Part shown: piece by piece, positions 24,393 to 38,915 of the stretch
How the letters are laid out: each line of letters begins with the position of its first letter
Numbering within the stretch: position 1 is the first letter of the stretch
NCBI RefSeq assembly: GCF_041146345.1
Contig: NW_027191414.1
Coordinates: 1,302,001 to 1,366,000 of the forward strand
DNA length: 64,000 bases
Direction of reading: 5' to 3'
Origin: Neodothiora populina
Taxonomy: Eukaryota
Program-made: the position numbers and the translations under genes
The notes under the pieces: generated by a model
Databases searched by the model: none
Told to the model about the DNA's origin: nothing
What the model saw: only the letters and a program-made list of their open reading frames with translations

Positions 24393-25314
24393 GGTAGGTG
24401 GTCGTTGTCAGCCGCATCTCTCAGCTACATGCAGTGGAACAAGCCTTCCATATGAAGTGGCCATAAGTTAGTGTCAAGCGATAACCAAGGTACCTTAGGC
24501 AAGCACGTCTAGCTTAACTCTGCCACAGAACATCCATGGATGACAACAGCATGACACCGTTCATGGGCCAAATCATAATCTTTGTGCCTGCTTGTCATTT
24601 GTGACAGATTGTTGTGTAAAAATGCATGTCCAATACGAAATGCAATATCATTCACCCAAGGCCTCGCGAAAACAAAAACCACGAACGCGAGCACGAGAAA
24701 ATCTAGTGGATTATCATTCGTGTTGATATTGTAGACACGTCAAGCATAGGTGTCGTTCGTACATGCTCAAGCTGTGAGCTAGAGTCTCGGCTGTAATGCG
24801 GTTCGTCTGCTGCTTGCTGTCGAGCTGCAGCCTGTTCAGTTCATTGGACCATGAGAGCCAGGCTGCCACCTGGACTTTTGCTTCTTTCCATTTGCGTTCC
24901 AGGTTCCCACTTGCATGCTGTACTGTAAGTCCTGATGGGAATACTGCTGCGTCGGCGGTTAGGCCACTGCCTTTCTGAGGAGAATTTTGACCAGCCTCAG
25001 CTTCCCCATTTGTGACCGAGCGTTATGAGACTTCCTACGATCACGAGATCTAGCTTTCCTGGAACATCGACAGCTTCGTGATTGTGGCCAAGTCTGATCA
25101 TGTGTATCTGGCCTCACAGAAGTGGAACTGAATGGTCGAGTATCTCGGCTAAACATAATCAAGAGTGAATACAGCAACTGTGTACGGGTATAGATCAAAA
25201 GCAGCAATTAATTCATTCGGCAGAAACATAGGTTTCCCAGGCGCATAGCATTCGTCTCTTCATTAACCTTCGTGTAGCAATGGTAGCTCTGTCGTGTATC
25301 CATCGGATCGACAA

Positions 25315-27111
25315 TCATTCCTTCTCCTCAGCCTTGATGGGCGCTGCCTCTGGTTGGTTCACTGGTCTCTTCGATTCTTCCGAACCAGGGACCACAGACT
25401 CTTTGGCATCGTCAGCTGCCGCAGTCTTATCAGTGCCATGCAGGTGGGCTTCATCCTCCTTGTCCACTCCCTTCTCTTCTTCAACCAGCGGCTCTTTTTC
25501 GCTGGAGCTGTCGGAAGCCGCATCTTTCTCGTTCAGAATAGTGCTTGCGTCCAAATCGGACTCTTCATCAACCTCACTGATATCAGCGCTGGCACTGCTT
25601 GCTTCTTTCTCCTTCAACAGGCGTACTTCCTTGCCACGCTTGTGACAGTACCAGAAGACGAACAGCAGGATGAACACAGCCAGGCTCATGAGTACGTTGG
25701 TACCAGTCACGAAAGCTGGAAATCTGAGCTTCAGGAAATTGAGGATATTGCGTAGCATAGTCGCGACCGCGCCTTTCTCAGAGACCAATGAGCGTGCGGA
25801 AGAGATTTTTCGTTTCTGCTTTTTGTTGCCACTGCTCGAGGGTACATTCAAGCTAGCAGCGGCATCAGAGGACGAGGAAGCGGCTGCCATTTTTGCTTGC
25901 ATATCGTTGCCCGGCTTCTCGCTCATGGCAGCAAGGACCTCGGGACCAAGTGTGCTGGTCATCTTTGCAGGCAAGGACTTGACCAGAGTCTGCACGAAAG
26001 GAGGCATGTTACCAAACATCTTCTCCAATTGCTCCTTGTTCTCTTCAATTAGTTTCTCAAGATCCTCGTAAGCGGTTGGGCCACCAGCAATGATGTCCTT
26101 TAAGACAACGGTGAAAGACTGATAGACCTTCTGGGACTCCCCACTGAAAGAGAAGACGCGGTTGTTGATGGCAGAAAGATTCAGGCGATCGAGGAGCACT
26201 GAAACCTCTTTTTCATCGTCGGTCTGAGAGTTCTCCTTGGCTTCAGCTTCCTTGCCTTTCTTCACAGCGGAAGCGACCGAAGCGAGTGATGCCGAAGCTT
26301 GCTCCTGTGGAGTCGAACGTGATAAGGTTGAGGATATGTTTGGAATATAGGAGCTCCATTTGCGTGTAGTAGAGACATCCTCGGTTTGTCGGCCACTGTC
26401 AGCCTGTCGTTCAATTGGTTGACTAATCAATGCCTCGGTAGCAGCCTCAGCTTCTTCTTGGGTCGGGAAAACATCCTTCTTAACTTTCTTTGCCTTGGGG
26501 GGTGATGCGCACACTGGCGCCTCAATGGGCGGGTCGGGAGCATCTGTCTCATCCTTCTTATCATCGATGGGAGTCTGCTCATTACTCTTCTTCTTTGTGA
26601 GTGCCGGCATGGAAGGAAGGTAAGATGCCCAAGATTTTGTCATTTTGTCTTCTTTGCCGTCAGAGGTTGCTTCGCTGTCTGCCTCGTTGGATTTACCAAT
26701 CCCGCTCTCATCGGTTGTCTTTTCAGTATCGGCAGAAGCACTTTCCTCCTTGAGAGTATGCTCGTTGCCGCCAGGGGCTTTGGCACCTTCCTCGGATGGG
26801 ACTTGCGATGCCTCGCTTGTCGCAACTGTTTCGTCCTCCGTTGGCACAATCAGCTGGCCTGCGCTATCTTCGACTTCTTTCGTTTCTTCACTATCCGCGA
26901 CTTTCTCTTCACCATTATCGGCAATTGCGATAGGTCGAGGTCGCTCAGGCAAGGGCGGCGCAGGACCCTCCGCGCTTGTTATGCGCTCCAGAAAGCGCTC
27001 ATCCTCGTCATTCAGTACAGGATCTGTAGGGTTTGTCGCTTCAAGATCCGACTTGTTCTTTTGTGCTTGCTTCCATGATGCTGGAGTGAAGTAGGAGATA
27101 TACGAAGACAT
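25315..27111 (-). CDS. Fungal hypothetical protein: acidic low-complexity N-terminus, helical core, single C-terminal transmembrane helix
   Basis: 598-aa intact ORF; protein-like core LDRLNLSAINNRVFS...PPFVQTLVKSLP; TM segment VLMSLAVFILLFVFWYCHKRGK. Confidence 0.85.
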   Translation of the reverse strand: MSSYISYFTPASWKQAQKNKSDLEATNPTDPVLNDEDERFLERITSAEGPAPPLPERPRPIAIADNGEEKVADSEETKEVEDSAGQLIVPTEDETVATSEASQVPSEEGAKAPGGNEHTLKEESASADTEKTTDESGIGKSNEADSEATSDGKEDKMTKSWASYLPSMPALTKKKSNEQTPIDDKKDETDAPDPPIEAPVCASPPKAKKVKKDVFPTQEEAEAATEALISQPIERQADSGRQTEDVSTTRKWSSYIPNISSTLSRSTPQEQASASLASVASAVKKGKEAEAKENSQTDDEKEVSVLLDRLNLSAINNRVFSFSGESQKVYQSFTVVLKDIIAGGPTAYEDLEKLIEENKEQLEKMFGNMPPFVQTLVKSLPAKMTSTLGPEVLAAMSEKPGNDMQAKMAAASSSSDAAASLNVPSSSGNKKQKRKISSARSLVSEKGAVATMLRNILNFLKLRFPAFVTGTNVLMSLAVFILLFVFWYCHKRGKEVRLLKEKEASSASADISEVDEESDLDASTILNEKDAASDSSSEKEPLVEEEKGVDKEDEAHLHGTDKTAAADDAKESVVPGSEESKRPVNQPEAAPIKAEEKE

Positions 27112-27949
27112 CTTGCGCCGTGCTATGGCTGCAAAGCGTCACGTATATGACTTGTGCAAATAAGGCTGCAATGTCAGATAGTGCGAATGCGCAATCACGT
27201 AGTCTGAAAGTGGTCGTAGTCGCAATATTCAGCCGTGAGAGTCCTTGGAATCCTTGAAAAAGGCTACTAGAGCTACGTGTTACAGGATGTCTTGGGATCA
27301 GAGTGAACGATGTATCAGGATGAGAAGTAGGTTGAGGTAATTGTTCACTTCGGCGCAAAGAAATTGTACACGCAAGGATCTTAGAAAAGAGGAATATACA
27401 TAGGGCTGCGACACAGAGATATATCTAGACAAAAGCTACGTAGGCGGGTACTACTGTAGTATGCGCTTGTGACCACCACCGTATCACAAAACTTGTTCGA
27501 TAGCTCTTCATGTCGTACAGGCATCACATCAACCTAAGATACCTGTATGGTGGTGGCGGGCTGGGCGAAGGATGACGTAGGCCTGGCTTCGTCTAGACCT
27601 GCTCGCTTATTGTTGAATGGAGCTCCACGGGCAATCGATCTTGCGGAGTTCATGGCACGTGAATCCTGGCCCGTGCAACTGGATGCTATGAGAAGGCTAA
27701 AACTTCCACGCATGAGAACAGAACTTCCTTCCTCAATCCCACGCCATTTTCGACGAAAAAAATGTCTCGACCAGAAGCCGAATTGTAACTGGTCGAGGCA
27801 TTATTCCTTCGTACGGTAAGTCTATCCTTGCATTCTGCCCAGTTGCCGCACTTATCGATGAGACTGCAACAATTCTTCAATGATCGTTGTCGTCCCGTCG
27901 CTTCCTGCCCTTCACCCCCTTCACAAGTTTACATGAGGAAAAAACCAAA

Positions 27950-28500
27950 TCAGATAATTTTCAGAATAACACTATGTCGACTGTAATTAATTAGACTCTG
28001 ATGATATACTTAATCACCATATCCTGTCATACACTTTACTGCTTTGCAAGTCAAGTCATACTGATTATGAAGCATAGATATCCGATCATACCTTCGAAGA
28101 AGCTATCATCAGCTGTTCGCTTTTCTTGCCTTCAAGCAACGCCATGGATACCGTTGAATAGATACTAGAAGTTGTCATGGGAAATATTCTGTCCGTTGGA
28201 TGCACTCTTTGTGCACTAGGTATATCCAATTCATTCATGCAGAACTAGATGAAGTACACCTTTCTCTTGAATCATTCTAGCAATATCTTCTATAATCATT
28301 TTCCTTCATATTCAATATCATTAGCTTTCGCGTGTTCATTCTGTTCAATGGTTTCATAGTTCCTACAATCTCTGCCAATGACAACGAAGTAGACTCGAGG
28401 ACACTTTTGCATGTGACCTTCCTGGAGGCAAGCGGGCTTCGGCACTATCTGGTGCATGCTACTGATGCCTACTGTCAAATTGGTCAGTCTAAATTCTATA
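27950..28500 (-). pseudogene. AT-rich degraded relic (RIP-like), origin unknown
   Basis: Visibly AT- and TpA-rich against its flanks; minus-strand frames read protein-like but are broken by TGA/TAG/TAA. Confidence 0.4.
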
Positions 28501-29072
28501 TCTTGTACTGTGAAGCTCACCTGGACAAAGGTAATATGGCTTGCCATATCTCTCTTCTACGATCCGGTTCTGAGCTGTTCTTGAGGATAGCACGTAAGAT
28601 CCTCGCACAAGAATCCATTGCCAGAGATTGGACTGGTATGGGTTCTTTGCCTGCGTTGCTTGCTCCCTCGGCTGAGGTCCACCACATCCGGTCTGGACTC
28701 GGCAGGAATGAGTACCCACTGCGTGAAGAAGAACGAGGATAATGTCGAGAGTTCCAGAGTTGGACGCAGATTCTCGATGTTCGTATCTCCCAGTGCTTTC
28801 TCTTTTGAGTCCTAGTGAGATAGATCCTCCATCTTCTCCTCACTGACCCTGGCCTCGGCGCCGGTCTGTGCCTGCTGGTGCGACGACATCATCGTCGTTG
28901 CCTAACCAATCTCTCCTCACTTCGTGCGGCGCGCCTGCTGTACTTATTGATCCTTTGTCAAAGTCTGAGATACATCATTCACTGACGTTACCTCAGGCTG
29001 ACCTGACTTCGCATCAAGCATCTCTTGGAAGATTGCCCCTCTCTCCTTCGCCCTCTTCCAAGGACCGCCAAA

Positions 29073-31156
29073 ATGCCAATCCAGAACCCCAATGAGCCAC
29101 CCAAAAGGGACCGCGTCATTGGTGGTGCTGTTCCTACTAATAAGCCGGTCGTGGTTGACTATGACTCCGAGGATGAGATCATCGTCACCATGAAGCAGCA
29201 AGGCAGAAGCGACATGGAAGTTGTTGAAAGACTTTGCGAAGAAGGCCGCACTAAATACAATTCGAAAAGCATCAACTCCCGTTACATGCGGATCCTCACA
29301 TGTCTGCGGGATGCCGATGAACAGAAGCTGGATGAACAGTGTCAAGACTGGCGCCTTGAAGATGTATGACAATAGTCTTTACTGTTACCATGTCAGTCTG
29401 AAGCTGATTTATCAAATAGGATGAGAGACTTGATCAGGCTTACAAGAAGTCGGAACTCCGTTTGAATCATCACATTGGTCTCTTGAAAGAGAAGCAGGCC
29501 TATGCAGTTGCTGAGGAGATCAACACATTGTTGCCCTCCCCCCGCTTCAGTGCCCGAGCTTGTAAAGAGCGTTATGAGGCCATACAGGCTGGCACAGCAC
29601 GCGTACCCGTAGATCTTGACCCTGATCCTGAAGGCCGGGAGTGTGAACGCCAGGCGCGTATTCAAGCATTACAGGCCTCGAAAAACAATACACCGTCGGA
29701 AGACCAAAGACGTCAGGAACGAACGATGGAGAAGAAGCGCCAGAAAGCTTCGAAGAAGCAAGCTGCTCGTGAGAAGGTCGAGGCCACTGCTGCAGCTCGC
29801 GAGGAGGCAATGAAGGAAGAACAGAATTTCGTCCAGACCAAGGCTGATGCTAGGACTGAGAGACGCATGAAACGTAAAACCGCTCTGCGTCACAGGAGAG
29901 CTATTCGTGCTTATATGCAGAAAAAGCATCGCGTTGAGACCAAACTTCTTCACAAGTTGGAGAAAGCAGACACTGCTCGCGCGCGTCACCTGGCTCGCTT
30001 CAGTCGTCAATTTCCTCTTCCGGAGGAGGCCCTGCAATTCAAGGCTTCACTCTCCTCCAAGGCCTCCGGTAAGAAAGCTGTCTTTGCCACCGAACCACCT
30101 GGTCAAGCCTTCCCCAAGATGGACTTCACTACAGAGGAACAGATGATGGACCAAGGCAGTCAATTTGATGCACTCACTCTTGCCCACGGTAAAGATCCAG
30201 CAGCACCCAACGCCGCCAAAGGAAAGTCCACCATGAAACACAATCGCAACGCCCCTGAATACAGAGAGGTCTTTGGTGAAACCCCTCGCTCCATGCTCTG
30301 CATGGCCGAACTCTACGACATCATGCGTGCTCGCGGCATGCTCCTCGGCCGCATGAAGGAAGTCAAATCGGTCGTTCTCTCGCGCATCGATGCCGAAGAC
30401 GAATCTCTCGACCGCGCCGGTCTACGCCGTCTGCTCTCTGAACGCGGCGACGAAATCCCTGCCCCAGTGGTCGAGAGGATGCCAAAGGCAGTCCTCATCC
30501 GCCGTCTGCAGGAGGCCGACGCGAAGACTTCTGCCCTGTATCGCCGTCGCTACGCAGACAAGCCTTCAATTTCCGAGCTCGCTCAGCGCAATGGAGTCAT
30601 CCTCACTGCTCCGGCTGAGGTCAATGCCATCGGTGCCACTAGATCTCCGACCACTGGTCGTCATCTCCCATCGACCGGCAGCAGATTCACCGCCATTCCC
30701 ACCAACGACAAGACCAAGTCCGCAAAAGTCGGAGTGACCAAACGCTACAATGCGCGCGCTCGTACTCTTGCTCTAGAGAACGAATTGACTCCCATCGACA
30801 CCACCAAGACCTCTCAGAACCGCCGCGGAAATCCAGGAAGTGGTATCAGTAAAACAAGTCGCTCCAAGACCCCCTCTACCGCGACCATACGTGCCTCTAG
30901 CAACAAAACCAACCCACCACCACCTCACGGCTACGATGGCACCTTCTCTGAAGTCCAGCATCACCTCAGCAGCTACAATGCCGCTCACAACGAGGTCGCT
31001 GCGCTCGACTACGACGTCAACGGCTACGAATACGCCAACAACATCAGGGACGCCGAGCCGCTCGCTCCATACCAGACAAGTCAGATGAGCTTGCTCACCG
31101 ATGAGGAGCGCGAGGCTATGGATCGCGAGATCTACAAGTTGCTTGATCAGTACTAA
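29073..31156 (+). CDS. Hypothetical nuclear protein with Myb/SANT-like helices, coiled coil and two SAP-like motifs; intron 29364-29419
   Basis: Intron GTATGA...GCTGAT...TAG joins ORFs 29025 and 29462 in frame; FSARACKERYEAI; LCMAELYDIMRARGM and LDRAGLRRLLSERG...KAVLIRRLQEAD. Confidence 0.75.
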
Positions 31157-31823
31157 GGGAGTCTCTTCTCTGTCGTTAGATTTCTGAGGCTTGACTCTCG
31201 CCCGTGGATCGCCAAGACAATATCGCTGAAAAGAGGTTTTCGATGGGGTTGCTATGGATTTGCATCGACGCTTTGATACAAGGAACGGAGGGTTGTTTTC
31301 TCTTCTTTCATGATTCTTTTCTTCTGCTCCTGTTTTTTATTCTCTTCTTTTCTCCTCTTTTTTGATTTCTCTTCTCTTCTGCTTCTGTCTTCTTTCTGCT
31401 TTTACTCTCACTGCCCAGCCCTCGGCTTCATACGCCAGCTGGGCCGGCCAGTGAGTAGCAGACGAGAGTGTGCTTTGCAGCGTGTGTGGTGGGCAGGCAA
31501 TACATCAAGCAGCACAGCACACACGTTATGCATCAAGCAGTAGAGAGCATTCAGCACTAGTACATTAGTTTTAGCAATGGAAAACTTTGTCTTTTATCGA
31601 AGTTATGTTTCTTGCTGAGGATGATGTGTGACTGGGTCCTGCGGTTTCGCTATCTTGATGCTGCGGGCACGGTACATTTCTGACATCTCAAACGCAAGGG
31701 CAGATGAAACATGGAATAGAAAGTACAAGTCGTGCAACACATCAATCTTGCCATTTGATAATCATGAAAACTGCATAATCCTAGCCTATACGCGCACAGC
31801 GCAGCCGACACCAATCCCCAAAC

Positions 31824-33719
<1,896 letters not shown>

Positions 33720-34986
33720 TTATGTGTTCTCGTTCTGTTATCTTAAGAATTTGACAGGATGGGAAGGACGGCGGTGACAAGAGGAAGCACAGCATAAGTA
33801 TATATGCTTCATACCCCTCCGTAGATGATCATCTCCTCGTGCAGACCATTACCGGCGTCTAGATGCATCGCTCCCCCTCATCCCAAGAACGACCATCACT
33901 TGCGCTAAAGACTACCGTTCGAGAATGTGATAGAGCATGTCGGATGACAATTGTCTGTGGAGCTTGCACAGTTACCCCATATTACCCCAAGGGGAAACCT
34001 TGAGCTTGAACGGTGTAGGTACTGTACAGTATGTTTAGCTTCGCATCCCCTTGATCCGATCTTGGTAAAGGCCACGCAATCTGATGGAGGCGTCAGCCAG
34101 ACCAATAGAGGGAATATTTTCGCCTTGGGTTTCATTGTAGATTGTGCCATGTAGGTGGCGGGAATAACGTTCGGCGGCAAGGATAGAAGTGTAAGTGGTT
34201 GTAAACGTTTTGTGCGGGGTTTGCGCGGGGTTGCGAAGCTGGAGACCCCAGATTTGTGCTTGTGGTGCACCGAAAGGCAACTCATCCGAGCTGCTCTTCG
34301 GTCGACTTGCCTCGTGTTACTCAATCCGGAATATTTGGAGTAGTTACTGTTGACGTTGTACCTACCTGCTTTGTCACAAGATCTGACTCGATGAATGGAC
34401 ATCGATCTCGGTCAAAAACGCTGCTCATCATCACTACAAGCATGAGCAAGCTGTGTAGGGTGTTCTAGACTCTCCTCTTCTCAGTTGCCTTCCTCCTTTG
34501 ACCAGAGACTGTCACAGAGAAGCCGCAGCTGTGCAATCCAGACCTATAGGTATTAGTCGTTCCTTGGGTGTTGGACACGTTCTTGCATATGCGCTGCAAG
34601 GCTTGTTGTTTGGAGGATCACCAGTCTTCCGGCAAGGACCGAGAAGCGCTACGAACTTCGCAATGCGGTAAGGACTGGTGAGCGCCCCGGGTTCCCTGAT
34701 GCGGCAACGATCAGAACGATCAGATTCCGGTAGCCAGCCTATTATCAAGTACCTTTGTAGGCACAGGCGAGCATTCGCACAAGTTACACACAATCGGAGT
34801 CGAAGCCGGAGACCTCAGAAGTACATGAAGATAGTGCTTGCTAATAGGCAGGATCTCTAACGTCAAGACCAACCCAACGCCAACAAAAGGAACACCATCT
34901 ATCGACCGGCCCCTTAACTCCCTGATGAAAAATAAACCAAAAGCGCTAGGTACTTTTTTCGCGACGAAGATCCAAGCTAGCTGCAT

Positions 34987-36819
34987 TCAAAACATGAATG
35001 TTTCATCTTCCAAGAGACTTTGGCTCGCAACGAAGCTGAAGCCTCCAAATGGGTTGCTTCCAATTCCAGAAGAGACAACACCCTCCATCTCTTGTCCGAC
35101 TGCGGTACCTCCGGTTTTGACATCCACTCCGCCATTTGAGGCAGAGGTGTCTGCCTGCGAGTCTGCTGCATCGGCAAAATTCATGTAGCTCCTCTCAACG
35201 ACTGGACTGAGCGGTAAATCCGTGAATTCCTTGGAGAAGTTCTCGGCCAGTTCAGGATCTGTGATAAGTGGTTGGAAGGGCGGTTCAACTTCTCTTCGCT
35301 CCAGCTTCCTCCAGTCAATCTTTCGGAAAAAGCGATGCGCTTTGATAAGCTTCAGATCCTTGGGCATGTTTGCACCCAATCTCTTGTTAGGCTCTTTGCG
35401 AAGTAGACGGGTGAGAAGGTCCTTCGCGTCAGGACCAAGGAAGTAAGGCAGTTGCAGTTTCTGGCGCAAGATGTTTTGCTGGATCTTGGCATGGTTATTG
35501 CCGCCGAATGGCGGTGAGCCAGTCAAAAGATCGAAGCCGATTGCACCAAGGGACCAGTAGTCGACCTCCATACCATAGTCTTTACCCTCGATCACTTCAG
35601 GCGCCATGTAGTCGATCGTGCCCAGCACACTGTTGCATCTGTCGTCCTCGTCAATGGCGACCTTTGATAGTCCAAAGTCAGTCAGAACAAGATGACCTTC
35701 GGCGTCCAGAAGACAATTCTCTGGCTTCAGGTCGCGGTAGACCACTCGGACGTTGGTGTGCAGATGCTCCAGGGCAAGAATCATCTCGGCCATGTAAAAT
35801 GCGGCGGTCTCCTCGCTGAACATGCGCTCCATGGCCAGATGGGTGAAGAGCTCACCGCCCTGAGCATATTCCAGGATCAGATAAAGCTTTTCGTGGTCTT
35901 GGAAGGCGTAGTACAACTTAACGACGAATGGATGACGGTTGACCGATTCCAGGATGGTGCGCTCCGTACGGGTTTGCTCGACGAGGCGCTTGTGCACAGT
36001 CAAGGTCGCCTTGCGGAACTGCTTCTGAGCGAAGAGACGACCAGTAGCCTTTTGCTTGACCAGATGCACGGTACCGAAGGCCCCCTTTCCGAGACAGCGA
36101 AGTGGTTCGAAATCATCGGCGGACATCTTGCGCAGGATTGATTGGGTACGGAGGCCACCTTCGACCGCGACATAAGGCTGCGTAGACGGCGGAGTGAGAC
36201 TTGAAGTCTTGGACAGCTGCTGCAGCTGCTGCTCCCTGGCCGCATCGGGGCTGATAAAGTCATTTTCGAGCGACACTTCATAGGTCTCCATTTCTGTTTT
36301 GTCACTATCGCTCGCAGCGGATGACTCTGCCGGCGTGCTATCGAAACCATTGCTTGACAACATGCTGGTGGATCGGGAGAGATTAGGGCGTGTTCCGTTG
36401 TTGTCGAGATCGAGTTTATCTAACTGAGCCTTGAGCGCACTGATGCCACTGCTAGATCCTGAAGTATGGAGGCGAGAGCCGCTCTTGGCTTGACGGAGAC
36501 TTTTGAGGCCACGCGGAGTCAAGGAAGGCGATGCCATGACAGAGGTGGACGCATCCGAGTCTTCGCCGCCTGACGCGACGGGAGTCTCGAAGCCATGTAT
36601 GATGTTCAGCGCAGGCGCGGCAGGTGCCATTCCCTTCTTTCTCTTTTTCTTGCCCTTTGACTTGCTCTGCATCGCCCGCATTTGAAGCGCAGCTGGCAGG
36701 GATGGTCTTTCTGCATCGTCGATTGAACGCCGGGCTGGACGAGGTGGAGAGCTGACCTCGACTGCCGGAGAATGGCTGGCGCCATCAACAATTTCAAGGT
36801 CGAAGTCCATGGCCGGCAT
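34987..36819 (-). CDS. psk1: AGC Ser/Thr kinase, ribosomal S6 kinase-like (Psk1/Ypk3 type), intronless
   Basis: LGKGAFG, HPFVVKLYYAFQD, YRDLKPEN, DFGLSK, GTIDYMAPE; turn motif LSP; hydrophobic motif FGGFSF; N-terminal FDLEI. Confidence 0.85.
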   Translation of the reverse strand: MPAMDFDLEIVDGASHSPAVEVSSPPRPARRSIDDAERPSLPAALQMRAMQSKSKGKKKRKKGMAPAAPALNIIHGFETPVASGGEDSDASTSVMASPSLTPRGLKSLRQAKSGSRLHTSGSSSGISALKAQLDKLDLDNNGTRPNLSRSTSMLSSNGFDSTPAESSAASDSDKTEMETYEVSLENDFISPDAAREQQLQQLSKTSSLTPPSTQPYVAVEGGLRTQSILRKMSADDFEPLRCLGKGAFGTVHLVKQKATGRLFAQKQFRKATLTVHKRLVEQTRTERTILESVNRHPFVVKLYYAFQDHEKLYLILEYAQGGELFTHLAMERMFSEETAAFYMAEMILALEHLHTNVRVVYRDLKPENCLLDAEGHLVLTDFGLSKVAIDEDDRCNSVLGTIDYMAPEVIEGKDYGMEVDYWSLGAIGFDLLTGSPPFGGNNHAKIQQNILRQKLQLPYFLGPDAKDLLTRLLRKEPNKRLGANMPKDLKLIKAHRFFRKIDWRKLERREVEPPFQPLITDPELAENFSKEFTDLPLSPVVERSYMNFADAADSQADTSASNGGVDVKTGGTAVGQEMEGVVSSGIGSNPFGGFSFVASQSLLEDETFMF

Positions 36820-38915
36820 GTTACGACAAAGGCTGTATCCGGAGTATCAATGGTTGTATATAGATCTCCTGTTGTTGCTGTGACTTGTCGATGCGACTCT
36901 ATCCAGAATTAAGTCACAATCTATTATAATCCCAAGGATTCCTGGGTTGTACTGCCTGTTGTGTTGCCACGTATGATACCTCTATGGAGGAGAAAAGTTC
37001 TAAAATATGAGTGTTATGCACAACACCTCATCCGATTCCCACTCGGTGGCTGAATCGGTTCTTTATTTTTCGTCCGCGCAGTCAGCGCGGACCTCGCACC
37101 ACTACAGTCTCACAATACTCGACGCCGCCACCCCAGAGCAGGCTTGCGAATGAGGAGTCGGTACGTGACAGACCTGAAGCAGTGGTGTAGGGCAATGCGG
37201 CAAGAAAGTGGTCGCGGCTGCGGGACGAAAATGCGACGGACGAGTTGTTGTTGAACGTGTTGTAGCCCATAGATGATCAACTGGTAAGGACTTGATGTGT
37301 TATTGGACCAGAATTTCGCCAGAGAAGACGGGCTCTGACGACTCGATCTTTCCCGATGTTGCGGTGGTAGATTTGGATTAATCGTAGTGAGTATAAGAAA
37401 AGAAGAGAATGATATCAAGGAGCCCCCAAATCAACGTTCTTGAAGATCAGATCAGCCAAATGCGAAAGGGTCGGGTTCCGCTTCCACATGCAAACCTGGA
37501 ACCTTCAGCCGCGGCCAACCCGCATCCGGCCATGGGTCAGCCGGAGGTGTGCCTTGGCAGCGAGTCAGTCACCCTCGCCTTATATTGATAGCCCAAGTCG
37601 TGATGGATAATATCCCGTGCTTGTGATCGTGAATACCAGGTATTGTTGGTTGGTTGTATTTCTCACTAAGGCCTACCATGGTAGTATTGGTTGAAGTGTA
37701 CTCCTTGTTCCGCTCGCATTGAATGAGTGCCTCATAGGTCTGTCGTGTTCTGTTCCTGTATATGGAGTGTCATTCGTCCTAGGTCGTAATCGCAGCATCG
37801 GTTGACTTGTCATCACGAGCACTCGAGATTGCCTGAACCCGGCTGACTGTCATTAACGCGCACGAGAAGCGCTTCCATCCGATTTTCCGATGGCAAATCT
37901 GTATCGTATGACCTTGCGCAGGTATCCGTTCAGAATCTTAACGCTGTTGGGATCAATCATGATCTAATGGTCATCGCGTGCGAGGACATGAACGACCACA
38001 GTAACACTAACAAGAGCAACATCGACCTCGTGAGTGTGAACTGTTATGCCCGTGATGCATCGCCTTCCTATCAGAGATAGCGTTCGAACGGACAGCTGCA
38101 AGTATTATATCGCAGACACCAGTGTTCGAAATAAGGTAACGTACCTGATAACACATACTAACATTGTTGCCTGCCCCGTCAATATCGACAAGAAAGTCAC
38201 GGATGGTCGAGATTGCTTGTCGTCAAGGTAGCTGGTTATCTATTCTTGCCAGACTCACCGACGAACGCAATGCAATCGGTAGCCAGCGACATTTAGGGAC
38301 ATAGTCTACAAGCTGAAGATTAGTCAACTGGTCATCTTCCATTGGTGCGACTTTCTGCACGCGCAATATGAGCACTCAAAGGCACCAATATCCTACCCCA
38401 TGGAAAGACAGGGGTGCGGATGCATGCTACATGCGCAAGCAGCACAAGGTCTGTGGCCTGTAACGTACCTGACTGATCTACATCACCCGCATAGTCGCAT
38501 TCGATCTTCATGAAGAAGCTATACAAATCTGTGTTATTACCTGCTAAAGTAGCTTCATCCAATAGGCACTACTTGGACTGAATCACGATCAGCACTGTGC
38601 ATGTCGAAATTGTACCTGCTCGAGTATATGCGAGTATAATATGGTGCCTGATCAGTCGAAGTTTCTCGGACGTTGTGAGGTGGGAATGAAGTCCTATATG
38701 AAGTACGCTGTCTCTGGCAAGAACGTCAAGTCGTTACTTCCCCCTTTGCCTCGATACCGACGATATTCTTCTACGACATTCAGCATCGACGCATCCTTTT
38801 GGTCCGTTGGTTTGACACGCGACTCGATAGCAGCCCAACCACGCTGCTGCTCTCGCTTCCGCTTGAGGGTATTTCCATCGCTACATAGTATCTTGGTAAA
38901 TATATAGGCAGAATT

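Noticed and set aside
37082..37600. Possible uORF or structured ncRNA upstream of the kinase
   Set aside because: No recognisable snRNA, RNase P/MRP, SRP or tRNA motifs; cannot be supported by eye.
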